Shown: piece after piece, positions 18,342 through 28,566 of the stretch
How the letters are laid out: each line of letters starts with the position of its first letter
Numbering within the stretch: position 1 is the first letter of the stretch
NCBI GenBank assembly: GCA_036667395.1
Contig: JAVWUC010000005.1
Coordinates: 1,870 to 65,869 of the forward strand
Length of the DNA: 64,000 bases
Reading direction: 5' to 3'
Source: Cetobacterium sp.
Lineage (GTDB): Bacteria > Fusobacteriota > Fusobacteriia > Fusobacteriales > Fusobacteriaceae
Translations under genes and position numbers: made by a program
The notes under the pieces: generated by a model
Told to the model about the DNA's origin: nothing
The model's input: only the letters and a program-made list of their open reading frames with translations
Databases searched by the model: none

Positions 18342-21119
18342 TTAATCCTCCTTCTCAGGTAGAAGAACTACCTCAATGCAGTTATTTTTATCGATTGCTT
18401 TATTTGAAAATTCAACAATCGAATTATAATTTACAATACTATTATACCTCATAGGAGTATAAAATTCATAGTCTGATATTAAATTTTTTTTCTCTAAGAA
18501 ATTATTCCAAAATGAGTTTGTTTTTATTGCTGTTTCAAAGTTAAGTTCATAATTCTTTTGAACATCTTCAATTTTATTTTTTGAGAAGTTACCTTTTTGT
18601 ATGTTGTTGATAACTTCTTTTACTTTATCAATAACTTCATCAGTTCTTTTTGTGTCAGTGCTAAATACTATTTGAAGATAATTTTCTCCAAAATTAAATT
18701 TTTCTAACTCAGAACGAGATGAGATTGAATAAACCCCACCTATCTTCTCTCTGACGTCCTCAATCAATAGAATGTTTAAAAGATTAGAAAATGCACCATA
18801 AAGAAGTCTATTTTCTAAAGAAAATTCACCATGGTATGGGTATGTTAAAACAACAGTAGATTTTTTATCAATCCCTTGAACAACAGTCTTTCTAACAGAA
18901 TCTTTAGGATAGATAACATTTAAATTTTTAGGTTCAACACTTTCGCTTTTAGTAGGAAGATTTGCAAAATATGTATCTAAAACTTTAATTAGTTCAGTTT
19001 CTTCAATAGAACCAGTAACTGTAATTTTATAATCTTTAAAATTTGTAAATAATTTATTAAAAACATTGTTTAAATTTTCTTCAGAAATTAAATTTAAGTC
19101 ATCTAACTCAAGCATTCTTCTTCTAGGATGGTCAGAGTTTAAAGTAGAAAGAAGACTTTTCTTGAATACAGATTTTGGAGAAAAATCTCGATTTTTAATA
19201 ATTTCAGCATTAGATTTAAGTGTAGAATTAAGAATATTCTCATCAATAATAGGTTTAGAAATAAGAGTTCTAAAATAATTTAAAGATTCAATAAGATTTT
19301 CTTTAGTTGTAGAGATTGTAAAACCTTGCATGTAGTCATCAATAAAAGGTGAAACATCAAAATTTTTACCTTTGAAATAGATTTCTAGGGATTTATAATC
19401 AATATTACCTAAACCTGAGTTATTTAAAATATCAGGTAAGAAAAGAGCATTAAGATATTCCTTTTGTTCTAGGGTAGAGCTACCTTCTAATTTAGTAAGT
19501 TTGATATAGATTCTATCTTTATCAAAATCGGTATTTTTATAAAGAACTTTTATGCCATTGGAAAGTAAAAACTCTTTATAGTTGTCCTCAGACGATACGA
19601 GCTTACTTGTTCCAGGTTTCAAATCTAATGAAGCTAGCTTAAGATTGAAATTATTATTAGAGATGTTAACCTCTTTTTGATTGCTTAGTTTATCTATTAA
19701 TGTAATAATACTTTCTTCAGTAGGTAAAGAGTCTTTAAGATTGTCTCTAGAAGTTATAAAAACGTCATAGTTACTCTGTAAAAGATGAGTACAAATTTCT
19801 TTAAGAGAATCTGAAGTAATATTTTTCATATAGTTTTCTGTAAGAGATAGCTCCTCATCGCTTTCAATAAAAGAATCATTATTTAATATAAAGTTACGAA
19901 TAGCTTGAGCATAATTATCATTTACAATACTATCTTTATTGTTTACAAGAGTTTTTAAATTGTTTATTAAGTTTAATTTTTCATTACTTAGTTCCTCGTC
20001 AGAAACACCATTTAGAGATACAGACTTAATATTGTTGATAATATCAGTAATCGAAGAATCTAAATCATTTTCTTTTATAAGGGATGAAACAGCATATATT
20101 CCAGTCTCTTTGTTTAAAGGGACGTTATAGATAGAAGAATATACAAATGGAGCATCTTTAGCTTTGGATAATATTGAAAATCTAGTATTTAATATTGAAT
20201 TTAAAAGTGTTTTAGCTAAAAATTTTTCATAAGATAAACTGTTGTTTAAAGGCGAAATATTTTCTTTCCACATAATATTAAAATTGGTTGTTGTCAATTC
20301 GGGATCAGTAAAAATAGTTACAGAATTATGAGTAGATAATTTTATATCAAAATTTTTAGGAAGATCAGAATCTGTATTTTTTAAGGATGAGAAATTTTCA
20401 ACGATTAAATTTTCAACCTCTTTTATATCAAAATCACCAACAGCAACAACAGACATATTTTTAGGCTGATACCATTTTTTATAATAATCTTTTAATTTTT
20501 TAGAATTAGCATTGTTTATAGTTTCAGGAAACCCAATAGGAAAACGTTTAGAATACCAAGAGTCTCCATATAAAATTTTTCTTTGTAAATCTCCGACCCT
20601 CTGATTAATACCTTGACGAAGTCTCCACTCCTCAATAATAATATTCTTTTCAGTTTCAACATCTTTAGGGTCGAGAGTAATTTCGGAAGACCACTCCCTT
20701 AAAACTTCGAGGCCAGCTTTTAAATCAGTATTAGTTGTGGGAACTTGTAACTCATAAACAGTTTCTGAAAAACTTGTATAAGCATTTAAGTCTCCACCGA
20801 AACTTAAACCAAGAGATTGTAAGTATTTGACTAAATCATTTTTTTTATATTTTGTAGTACCATTGAAAGCCATATGTTCTAAAAAGTGAGCTAAACCTTG
20901 TTGTTCATCAGTTTCTAGAAGAGATCCAGCATTGACAACTAAATTTAAAGATGCTCTGTTCTCAGGTTTTTTATTTTTAAATAGATAGTATTTCAAACCA
21001 TTTTTGAGTTCACCACTAACTAAATTTTTTGAATTGGTAAACTGGATAGGTTCTTGAGTAAAAATTAAAGTTTTTAGTATTAAAAACAAAAATACAGGAA
21101 ATAAATAATTTTTTTTCAT
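18342..21119 (-). CDS. Secreted M16 (pitrilysin/insulinase) family zinc metallopeptidase, double-domain
   Basis: N-terminal signal peptide. Inverted zinc motif HFLEHMAFNGT, with a downstream Glu in EEWR. 925 aa, consistent with an active half plus an inactive M16 half. Confidence 0.85.
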   Translation of the reverse strand: MKKNYLFPVFLFLILKTLIFTQEPIQFTNSKNLVSGELKNGLKYYLFKNKKPENRASLNLVVNAGSLLETDEQQGLAHFLEHMAFNGTTKYKKNDLVKYLQSLGLSFGGDLNAYTSFSETVYELQVPTTNTDLKAGLEVLREWSSEITLDPKDVETEKNIIIEEWRLRQGINQRVGDLQRKILYGDSWYSKRFPIGFPETINNANSKKLKDYYKKWYQPKNMSVVAVGDFDIKEVENLIVENFSSLKNTDSDLPKNFDIKLSTHNSVTIFTDPELTTTNFNIMWKENISPLNNSLSYEKFLAKTLLNSILNTRFSILSKAKDAPFVYSSIYNVPLNKETGIYAVSSLIKENDLDSSITDIINNIKSVSLNGVSDEELSNEKLNLINNLKTLVNNKDSIVNDNYAQAIRNFILNNDSFIESDEELSLTENYMKNITSDSLKEICTHLLQSNYDVFITSRDNLKDSLPTEESIITLIDKLSNQKEVNISNNNFNLKLASLDLKPGTSKLVSSEDNYKEFLLSNGIKVLYKNTDFDKDRIYIKLTKLEGSSTLEQKEYLNALFLPDILNNSGLGNIDYKSLEIYFKGKNFDVSPFIDDYMQGFTISTTKENLIESLNYFRTLISKPIIDENILNSTLKSNAEIIKNRDFSPKSVFKKSLLSTLNSDHPRRRMLELDDLNLISEENLNNVFNKLFTNFKDYKITVTGSIEETELIKVLDTYFANLPTKSESVEPKNLNVIYPKDSVRKTVVQGIDKKSTVVLTYPYHGEFSLENRLLYGAFSNLLNILLIEDVREKIGGVYSISSRSELEKFNFGENYLQIVFSTDTKRTDEVIDKVKEVINNIQKGNFSKNKIEDVQKNYELNFETAIKTNSFWNNFLEKKNLISDYEFYTPMRYNSIVNYNSIVEFSNKAIDKNNCIEVVLLPEKED

Positions 21120-21250
21120 TGATTCCTCCTCTAGTTAAATTATTAAGTAAATAGTAACATTATATATATATTATTAACAAGGATTATTTAGTAGATTTTT
21201 TTTGATAAAATTGATAAAATATATTGAATAAATAATAATTGGAGGCTATA

Positions 21251-22831
21251 GTGAGAATTAAAGACAAAAGAAAATTTTTTAGATTTATTATTTTATTAAC
21301 AATTTTTATTTTTACAATTTCTTGTGGAGTAAAAAAATTAGTTTTTAGAAGAGAGGAGCCAAAACCAGAAATGGTTGTGGATGAAATAAAGGTAGATTTA
21401 TTATCTCAAAATAAATTAAGTGTTGATGAAGTAAAAAAAAAAGTTCAAGATGTTAGTTTAGAGGCAACACAAGAGATACAAGCACCAGAGCCAGTAAAAC
21501 CTATAGAATCGATTGAAAAAACAGAAGAGCTTAAAGCTACAAATCAATATAAATTTATAAAGAATCAAACACTTTTTGTGTATAAAGACAGTTCTCAAAA
21601 AGATAAGATTGACACTTTAAAAAGAGGAACGAAAATAGAGGTTTTAGAAAATTTAGATTTAGAAAAAGATGGCAAAGTAAAAACAGTTTTAAAAATAAGT
21701 TATAGAAAAGATTTGAAAAATAAAGTGGGTTGGATTAGTAAGGTGGATTTAGCTGATAAGTTAAATGAAACTCTAGCACAAAATTGGAAAAATATAGATT
21801 TTGATACGAATTATCCTATAAATAATTTTCAAAATAATCCAAGAGTTGAAGTTAAAGGAGTTTATTTAAATATCTATACAATAGGAAGTGAAAAGAAGTT
21901 AGAAAGACTTATAAAACTTGCTAAAGAAACAGAAATAAATGCGTTTGTTATAGATATAAAAGACGATAACGGAGTTCTATCTTTTCAAATGGAGGCACCT
22001 AAAAAATTTGGAATACCTACAAGAAAAAATTATCCAATAAAGGATATAAACTCTTTTATGAAAAAAATGAAGGATAATAATATATATACAATAGCTAGAA
22101 TAGTATCATTTAAAGATCCTACTTATGCAAAAGCAAACCCAGATAAAGTTATAATATCAAGAGATACAGGGAAACCTTTTACAAATAGTGATGGAATAAT
22201 TTGGGTATCAGCACACGATAGAAATCTTTGGGATTATAATTTAACAGTAGCAGAAGAAGCTGCAAAAGTAGGATTCAATGAAATACAATTTGATTATGTA
22301 AGATTTCCGGCATCGAATGGAGGAAAACTGGATTCTAAATTAAATTATAGAAATACAAAAAATGAATCTAAACCTGAGACAATTCAAAAGTATTTAAAAT
22401 ATGCAAAAGAGAGACTAACTCCATTAAATGTTTATACTAGTGCCGATGTATATGGACAAGTAGGGACATTTAGTGACGATATGGGATTAGGTCAGCACTG
22501 GGAAACTGTTAGCCAAGTTGTAGACTATATCTCTCCAATGATGTATCCGAGCCATTATGGAAATGGAGCATATGGAGTACCTGTTCCCGATGCACAACCT
22601 TACAAAATTATATATCACTCTGTAAAAGATTCTGTTAATAGAAATGAAAATATATCTAATCCATCGGTGATAAGACCTTGGATTCAAGCATTCACAGCTA
22701 CTTGGGTAAAAGGGCATATAAATTATAATGAAAAAGAGATAAGAGAACAGATAAAAGCTATGAACGATTTGGGAGTAAAAGAATATTTACTTTGGAGTCC
22801 AAGCAATAACTATAAGTTCACGGCTAAATAA
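21251..22831 (+). CDS. Lipoprotein with an SH3-like domain and a putative glycoside-hydrolase TIM-barrel (DUF4015-like)
   Basis: I prefer the GTG at 21251, after GGAGG. Signal peptide with a lipobox-like FTISC. The SH3_3-like segment is GTKIEVLEN...VGWISKVDL. The C-terminal region (KGVYLN..., INAFVIDIKDDNG, EIQFDYVRFP) matches my recollection of PF13200. Confidence 0.6.
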   Translation: MRIKDKRKFFRFIILLTIFIFTISCGVKKLVFRREEPKPEMVVDEIKVDLLSQNKLSVDEVKKKVQDVSLEATQEIQAPEPVKPIESIEKTEELKATNQYKFIKNQTLFVYKDSSQKDKIDTLKRGTKIEVLENLDLEKDGKVKTVLKISYRKDLKNKVGWISKVDLADKLNETLAQNWKNIDFDTNYPINNFQNNPRVEVKGVYLNIYTIGSEKKLERLIKLAKETEINAFVIDIKDDNGVLSFQMEAPKKFGIPTRKNYPIKDINSFMKKMKDNNIYTIARIVSFKDPTYAKANPDKVIISRDTGKPFTNSDGIIWVSAHDRNLWDYNLTVAEEAAKVGFNEIQFDYVRFPASNGGKLDSKLNYRNTKNESKPETIQKYLKYAKERLTPLNVYTSADVYGQVGTFSDDMGLGQHWETVSQVVDYISPMMYPSHYGNGAYGVPVPDAQPYKIIYHSVKDSVNRNENISNPSVIRPWIQAFTATWVKGHINYNEKEIREQIKAMNDLGVKEYLLWSPSNNYKFTAK

Positions 22832-22883
22832 AAATAAATGTTTAAAAAAAGTATAGTGTATGATATAATGTCATTTGAACTAA

Positions 22884-23756
22884 ATGGAGGAATTGGAATT
22901 GGAAGGAATAATTGTTATAGATAAACCAAAAGGCATCACTTCCTTTGATGTAATAAGGGTTTTAAGAAGAACTTTAAAAGAGAGAAGAATAGGGCATACA
23001 GGAACTTTAGATCCGCTAGCTACAGGAATATTGGTAATATGTGTAGGAAAAGCAACTAAATTAGCACAGGATATAGAGGGATTCGAAAAAGAGTATGTTG
23101 CAGACTTGGAGTTAGGTTTTAGAACTGATACCTATGATATTGAAGGTAAAGTTTTAGAAAAAGTAGAAGAGTTTAAAGTATCTCAAGAGGAGTTTGAAAA
23201 AACTTTAGAAACATTTAAGGGTGATATAAAACAAGTTCCACCAATGTATTCTGCTATAAAAGTTGATGGAAAAAAACTTTACGAACTTGCTAGAGAGGGA
23301 GTAGAGATAGAGAGAAAAGCTAGAGATGTCAGAATATCAGCTTTAAAAACTTTAGAATTTGATGGTAAAACAGCCAAAATCGATTGTCAAGTTTCTAAAG
23401 GGACATACATAAGAAGTTTAATTTTTGATTTAGGTGAAAAGTTAGGAACTTTTGCCACTATGACAGGACTTAGAAGAACTAGAGTAGGAGAGGAAAGTTT
23501 AGATAGATCATTCACATTAGAGCAAATTGAGGATTTAACTCAAAATGGAGATATGAGTTTTTTAATATCTGTTGAAAATTATTTTCAATTTACCAAAACA
23601 GAGATTGAGGATGAGCAGGATTTAAAATTATTTGTAAACGGTCAAAGATGTAAAAAAAGATTAGATGATGGAAAATACAGAGTTTATTCTAAAGGAAAGT
23701 TTATAGGCTTAGGCGAAGTTACAAAAGGATTATTAAAAGGATATAAGTATTATTAA
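22884..23756 (+). CDS. truB: tRNA pseudouridine(55) synthase
   Basis: IDKPKGITSFDV and HTGTLDPLATGIL catalytic Asp motif. The true start may be the TTG at 22899, 8 nt after GGAGG. Confidence 0.9.
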   Translation: MEELELEGIIVIDKPKGITSFDVIRVLRRTLKERRIGHTGTLDPLATGILVICVGKATKLAQDIEGFEKEYVADLELGFRTDTYDIEGKVLEKVEEFKVSQEEFEKTLETFKGDIKQVPPMYSAIKVDGKKLYELAREGVEIERKARDVRISALKTLEFDGKTAKIDCQVSKGTYIRSLIFDLGEKLGTFATMTGLRRTRVGEESLDRSFTLEQIEDLTQNGDMSFLISVENYFQFTKTEIEDEQDLKLFVNGQRCKKRLDDGKYRVYSKGKFIGLGEVTKGLLKGYKYY

Positions 23757-23779
23757 TTATTTAATAGAGAGGAAAAAAT

Positions 23780-25585
23780 ATGAAAATTAAAAACATTGCA
23801 ATTATTGCCCACGTTGACCATGGAAAAACAACATTGGTTGACTGTCTGTTAAGACAATCAGGAGTTTTTGGAGCTCACGAACTTGAGAAAGTTTCTGAAA
23901 GAGTTATGGACTCAAATGATATTGAAAAAGAGAGAGGAATCACAATATTCTCTAAGAATGCATCTGTAAGATATAAGGATTACAAAATAAACATTGTAGA
24001 TACTCCTGGACACGCGGACTTCGGAGGAGAAGTTCAAAGAATTATGAAAATGGTTGACTGTGTTGTTTTACTAGTAGATGCGTTTGAGGGACCAATGCCT
24101 CAAACAAAATATGTATTAAAGAAAGCTTTAGAGCAAGGTCATAGACCAATAGTTGTTGTAAATAAAGTTGATAGACCAAATGCAAGACCAGAAGAAGTTC
24201 TATACATGGTTTATGATCTATTCATCGAGTTAAATGCAAATGATTTACAACTTGAGTTCCCAGTAGTATATGCTTCTGGAAAAGCAGGATTTGCTAAGAA
24301 AGAGTTAGAAGATAAGAGTGAAAATATGTTACCTTTATTCGAAACAATTTTAGAGCATGTTGAAGATCCTGAAGGAGACGACGCTCAACCAACTCAATTC
24401 TTAATAACAAATATTGAGTATGATAACTATGTTGGAAAATTAGCTGTTGGAAGATTATATAATGGAACTTTAAAAAGAAACCAAGAAGTAATCTTAATAA
24501 AAAGAGATGGAAAGCAAGTAAGAGGTAAAGTTTCTGTTCTTTATGGTTATGAAGGATTAAAAAGAGTAGAAATACAGGAAGCTTTTGCTGGAGATATATT
24601 ATCTGTAGCAGGATTAGATAATATAGATATCGGAGAAACAATCGCTGATAACATAACTCCAATTGCACTTCCAGTTATCGATATAGATGAGCCAACACTT
24701 GCTATGACATTTATGGTAAATGACTCACCTTTCGCAGGAAAAGAAGGAAAGTTTGTAACATCTAGAAACATTTGGGATAGATTACAAAAAGAGCTTCAAA
24801 CAAACGTAAGTATGAGAGTAGAAGCTACAGAAAACGCGGATGCGTTCGTAGTTAAAGGAAGAGGAGAACTTCAACTTTCAATATTATTAGAAAATATGAG
24901 AAGAGAAGGTTATGAGATTCAAGTTTCAAAACCAAGAGTTCTATTAAAAGAAATAGATGGAGAAAAATACGAGCCAATCGAATTAGCTATGGTTGACGTT
25001 GATGAGGCATTCGTAGGAGTAGTTATCGAGAAGATGGGAATCAGAAAAGGAGAAATGATATCAATGACTCCAGGTACTGATGGATATACTAGACTTGAGT
25101 TCAAAGTTCCTGCAAGAGGACTTATCGGATTTAGAAATGAATTCTTAACTGATACAAAAGGAACAGGTATTTTAAACCATTCATTCTATGATTTCGAGTT
25201 ATATAAAGGACCAATCCCTACAAGACCAAAAGGAGTTTTAATCTCTTTAGAGCAAGGATCAACTGTAGGATACGCACTTGGTGGATTACAAGATAGAGGA
25301 ATTTTATTCATGGATCCAGGAGTAGCAGTTTATGAAGGAATGCTTGTTGGAGAGCATAACAGAGACAACGATTTAGTTGTAAACGTATGTAAAGCTAAAA
25401 AATTAACAAATATGAGAGCTTCTGGAAGTGACGATGCTATAAAACTTGCAACTCCAAAGAAGTTTACATTAGAGCAAGCTTTAGATTATATAGCTGATGA
25501 TGAGTTAGTAGAAATTACTCCTATAAATATCAGACTAAGAAAAAAATTCTTAAAAGATAGCGATAGAAGAAAAAACTCAAAATAA
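23780..25585 (+). CDS. typA: Translational GTPase TypA/BipA
   Basis: AIIAHVDHGKTTL, DTPGHADF and NKVD GTPase motifs. 601 aa with the BipA-type C-terminus. Confidence 0.95.
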   Translation: MKIKNIAIIAHVDHGKTTLVDCLLRQSGVFGAHELEKVSERVMDSNDIEKERGITIFSKNASVRYKDYKINIVDTPGHADFGGEVQRIMKMVDCVVLLVDAFEGPMPQTKYVLKKALEQGHRPIVVVNKVDRPNARPEEVLYMVYDLFIELNANDLQLEFPVVYASGKAGFAKKELEDKSENMLPLFETILEHVEDPEGDDAQPTQFLITNIEYDNYVGKLAVGRLYNGTLKRNQEVILIKRDGKQVRGKVSVLYGYEGLKRVEIQEAFAGDILSVAGLDNIDIGETIADNITPIALPVIDIDEPTLAMTFMVNDSPFAGKEGKFVTSRNIWDRLQKELQTNVSMRVEATENADAFVVKGRGELQLSILLENMRREGYEIQVSKPRVLLKEIDGEKYEPIELAMVDVDEAFVGVVIEKMGIRKGEMISMTPGTDGYTRLEFKVPARGLIGFRNEFLTDTKGTGILNHSFYDFELYKGPIPTRPKGVLISLEQGSTVGYALGGLQDRGILFMDPGVAVYEGMLVGEHNRDNDLVVNVCKAKKLTNMRASGSDDAIKLATPKKFTLEQALDYIADDELVEITPINIRLRKKFLKDSDRRKNSK

Positions 25586-25601
25586 AAATATGAGGTAGTC
25601 T

Positions 25602-26402
25602 ATGAAGAGATTGTTAATTAGTATTATTGTGTTGTTAACTTTACTAGGATGTAGTAACGGAGATAAGAGAGTATACACAGAGGATGAAATTATAGCAGCT
25701 GTTGTAGTGGATAATGTATATATTTTAAATAGGGCAATAAAAAATGGTTTTAACATAGATCAACAATTAAAAAGTGGAGATACTCTTTTAAGTTTAGCCT
25801 TAAAAGAGGACTCCCTTCAAGTAATATCTAGTTTATTAGCCAATGGTGCAGACATAAACAAAGATTTACCATCTAAAAAAGTTATAGGAACGGATATTAC
25901 CCTTCCATCTAGACCGCCAATATTCTATGTAAATAGTATAGAGGCTTTAAATTTATTTATAAATGAGAAAGCTAGTTTAAATCAAGTTAGCGGTGATGGA
26001 CAACTCCTTTTAAATTTCTATATAAAAACAAGGCCATCAGATTTAGCAATATCTTTGATAAAAAATGGAGCTAGTTTGAATATATTGGATATGAGTGAAT
26101 GGTATCCAATATTTTGGGCAGTAAATATAGAGAATGAAAATATTATAAAAGAGATGTTAAGTAGAGATCGAAAACAATATCTTTTTAAAGATAAAAAATT
26201 AAATTATCCAATATATTATGCCAATTCAAGGGAAGTTATGAGAACTCTTTTAGAAGGGGAATACAATCCAAGAGAAACAAATATATATGGAGAAAATATT
26301 TTGGGTGAAGTTTATTTAAAAGCAAAAAAATTAGGATACAGTGATATCTTGAAAACACTTGTAGATAAAGGGGTAAATCCTAATTATATTTCCTATAAGT
26401 AG
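25602..26402 (+). CDS. Ankyrin-repeat lipoprotein
   Basis: Signal peptide with lipobox LLGC. Ankyrin-like units (GDTLLSLALKEDSLQVISSLLANGADIN; LAISLIKNGASLNILD...PIFWAV). Confidence 0.6.
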   Translation: MKRLLISIIVLLTLLGCSNGDKRVYTEDEIIAAVVVDNVYILNRAIKNGFNIDQQLKSGDTLLSLALKEDSLQVISSLLANGADINKDLPSKKVIGTDITLPSRPPIFYVNSIEALNLFINEKASLNQVSGDGQLLLNFYIKTRPSDLAISLIKNGASLNILDMSEWYPIFWAVNIENENIIKEMLSRDRKQYLFKDKKLNYPIYYANSREVMRTLLEGEYNPRETNIYGENILGEVYLKAKKLGYSDILKTLVDKGVNPNYISYK

Positions 26403-26422
26403 AAATTAATATTATTGATGAT

Positions 26423-26450
26423 AAGGATAGGATTGTTAAATTCTATCCTT
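26423..26450 (+). terminator. Hairpin after the ankyrin gene (weak U-tract)
   Basis: AAGGATAGGAT / ATTCTATCCTT 11-bp stem containing one G-U pair. Followed only by ATTAATT, so termination efficiency is uncertain. Confidence 0.45.
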
Positions 26451-26466
26451 ATTAATTATAGTAAAC

Positions 26467-26495
26467 TTGAAAAAATGATAAAAATAATGTATAAT
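26467..26495 (+). promoter_or_regulatory. Sigma70-like promoter for ktrB (TTGAAA-17 nt-TATAAT)
   Basis: TTGAAA at 26467-26472 and TATAAT at 26490-26495 with a 17-nt spacer. Confidence 0.7.
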
Positions 26496-26525
26496 TTCAA
26501 AAGCATTTTTTCATAGGAGGAATAA

Positions 26526-27875
26526 ATGATAAGTAGACTTTTAATGCCTATAAAAAGACTGTCATTTTCTCGTAAATTAATATTACTTTTTTTTACGGCG
26601 ATAGTTTTTGGTTCAATATTATTATATATGCCTTTCTCTTTACAAGAAGGACAAAACATAAGTTTTTTAACTGCAGTTTTTACAATAACATCAGCAATTT
26701 GTGTGACCGGATTGTCTGTAATTGATATTAGTAAAGTATTATCCTTTCAAGGACAGTTAATATTACTTTTATTCATCCAATTAGGTGGATTAGGTGTTAT
26801 GACATTCTCATCTCTTTTCTTTTTATTGATAGGAAAAAAGATGAGCTATAAAGAGAGAGAGCTTATAAAGGAAGAAAGAAATGCAGAAAGTAGTGGGGAA
26901 ATAGTAGATTTTATAAAAAAAATAGTAATAATAGTATTATTAATTGAGATTGTTGGTGCATTTTTTTTAACACTAGAATTTTTAAAGGAATTCAAATTTT
27001 CAACAGCTTTATATTATGGAATTTTCCATTCTATTTCAGCTTTTTGTAATGCTGGATTCGCATTGTTTTCTAATAATTTAGAAAATTATCACGGAAGTAT
27101 TTTGATGAATATGACAATTGCTTATTTGATAATTTTAGGTGGGATTGGTTTTTCAGTTATTAACTCAGTTTTAATGGCTGTAAGAAGAGATGTTAAAAGA
27201 TTTACTTTGACTTCTAAAGTCGCAATATTAGTTTCTATGTTTCTTACTTTTGTAGGAATGGTTTTATTTTTTCTACTTGAATACAAAAATCCAACAACGA
27301 TTGGAAATTTAAGTTTTTTTGATAAAATATTATCTTCATTTTTCCAAAGTGTGACAACAAGAACAGCTGGTTTTAATACAGTTCCTATGGCAACATTGAA
27401 ACCTGCAACAGTATTTATGTTTTGTATCTTAATGTTTATTGGAGCTTCACCAGGATCTACAGGTGGAGGAATAAAAACAACAACAATAGGAGTAATAGTT
27501 CTTTATGTTATTGGTGTTGTTCAAGGAAGAGAGCATATAAATGTTTTTAATAGACGTATTAGCTGGGATATACTAAATAGAGCTTTAGCAATATTGGTTA
27601 TATCAATAATTTACGTATCGATAGTAACAATGCTAGTAATGACTATTGAAGATGGAATTGGGTTTGAAAAAGTAGCGTTTGAAGTAGTTTCAGCATTTGG
27701 TACTGTAGGACTATCTTTAGGGATAACAGCTAATTTAAGTCCTTTATCTCAGATTCTTATAATAATAACAATGTTTATAGGAAGATTAGGACCTATGACT
27801 TTTGCCCTTGCTTTAGGTAAGAAGAAAATAAAGCAAAGTTTAAGATATCCAAAAGAAAATATTTTAGTAGGATAA
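26526..27875 (+). CDS. ktrB: TrkH/KtrB family potassium uptake membrane subunit
   Basis: 449 aa polytopic protein with repeated pore-loop glycine motifs (QLGGLG, CNAGF, RTAGF, GTVGLS). Confidence 0.85.
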   Translation: MISRLLMPIKRLSFSRKLILLFFTAIVFGSILLYMPFSLQEGQNISFLTAVFTITSAICVTGLSVIDISKVLSFQGQLILLLFIQLGGLGVMTFSSLFFLLIGKKMSYKERELIKEERNAESSGEIVDFIKKIVIIVLLIEIVGAFFLTLEFLKEFKFSTALYYGIFHSISAFCNAGFALFSNNLENYHGSILMNMTIAYLIILGGIGFSVINSVLMAVRRDVKRFTLTSKVAILVSMFLTFVGMVLFFLLEYKNPTTIGNLSFFDKILSSFFQSVTTRTAGFNTVPMATLKPATVFMFCILMFIGASPGSTGGGIKTTTIGVIVLYVIGVVQGREHINVFNRRISWDILNRALAILVISIIYVSIVTMLVMTIEDGIGFEKVAFEVVSAFGTVGLSLGITANLSPLSQILIIITMFIGRLGPMTFALALGKKKIKQSLRYPKENILVG

Positions 27876-27894
27876 CTATGGAGGAGATTTTAAT

Positions 27895-28551
27895 ATGAAG
27901 CAGTATGTAGTAATTGGTATGGGAAGATTTGGTTCAAGTGTTGCAGAGACACTATATAAAGCAAACGAGGAAGTACTTGCAATTGATGAATCTGAAGATA
28001 TAATACAGGAAGCTGTAAATAGTGGTATAGTAGAAAATGCTATTACTGCAGATGCTACAGATGATAAAGAGCTTAATAAAATAGGTTTAGAAGGGTTTGA
28101 TGTAGCTTTTGTATGTATAGGTGCAATTGAACCAAGTATCATGGTAACATTAAATTTAAAAGATTTAGGTGTTAAAAAGATTATTGTTAAAGCAGTTTCA
28201 AGAAGACATGGAAAAGTTTTAGAAAAAATAGGTGCTAATCAAGTTGTCTATCCAGAAGAGTATATGGGGAAAAGGGCTGCTTTAGCCGCAATGGATCCAA
28301 ACATGATAGAACATTTTAGATTTTCAAAAGATTTTTTACTTGCAGAAATTAAATCACCAGAAATGTTTTGGAATAAAACTCTTATTGAGTTAGATATAAG
28401 AAAGAAGTATAATGTGAATATAGTGGGAATAAAAAAAGAAAATAGAAATTTTATCCCAAATTTATCTGCAGATACAGTTATAGAGCAAGGGGATATTTTG
28501 TTAGTTATAACTGATGCAAAAACAGCAACTGAATTAAAGAATTTAAAGTAA
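27895..28551 (+). CDS. ktrA: TrkA/KtrA family potassium uptake peripheral (RCK) subunit
   Basis: 218 aa. GMGRFG Rossmann motif (TrkA_N) plus a C-terminal TrkA_C-like domain. Confidence 0.85.
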   Translation: MKQYVVIGMGRFGSSVAETLYKANEEVLAIDESEDIIQEAVNSGIVENAITADATDDKELNKIGLEGFDVAFVCIGAIEPSIMVTLNLKDLGVKKIIVKAVSRRHGKVLEKIGANQVVYPEEYMGKRAALAAMDPNMIEHFRFSKDFLLAEIKSPEMFWNKTLIELDIRKKYNVNIVGIKKENRNFIPNLSADTVIEQGDILLVITDAKTATELKNLK

Positions 28552-28566
28552 TGAGAGGAGCAAAGA

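Noticed and set aside
26496-26525. A c-di-AMP (ydaO/kimA-type) riboswitch upstream of ktrB.
   Set aside because: The predicted 5' UTR is only about 30 nt, with no room for the aptamer.
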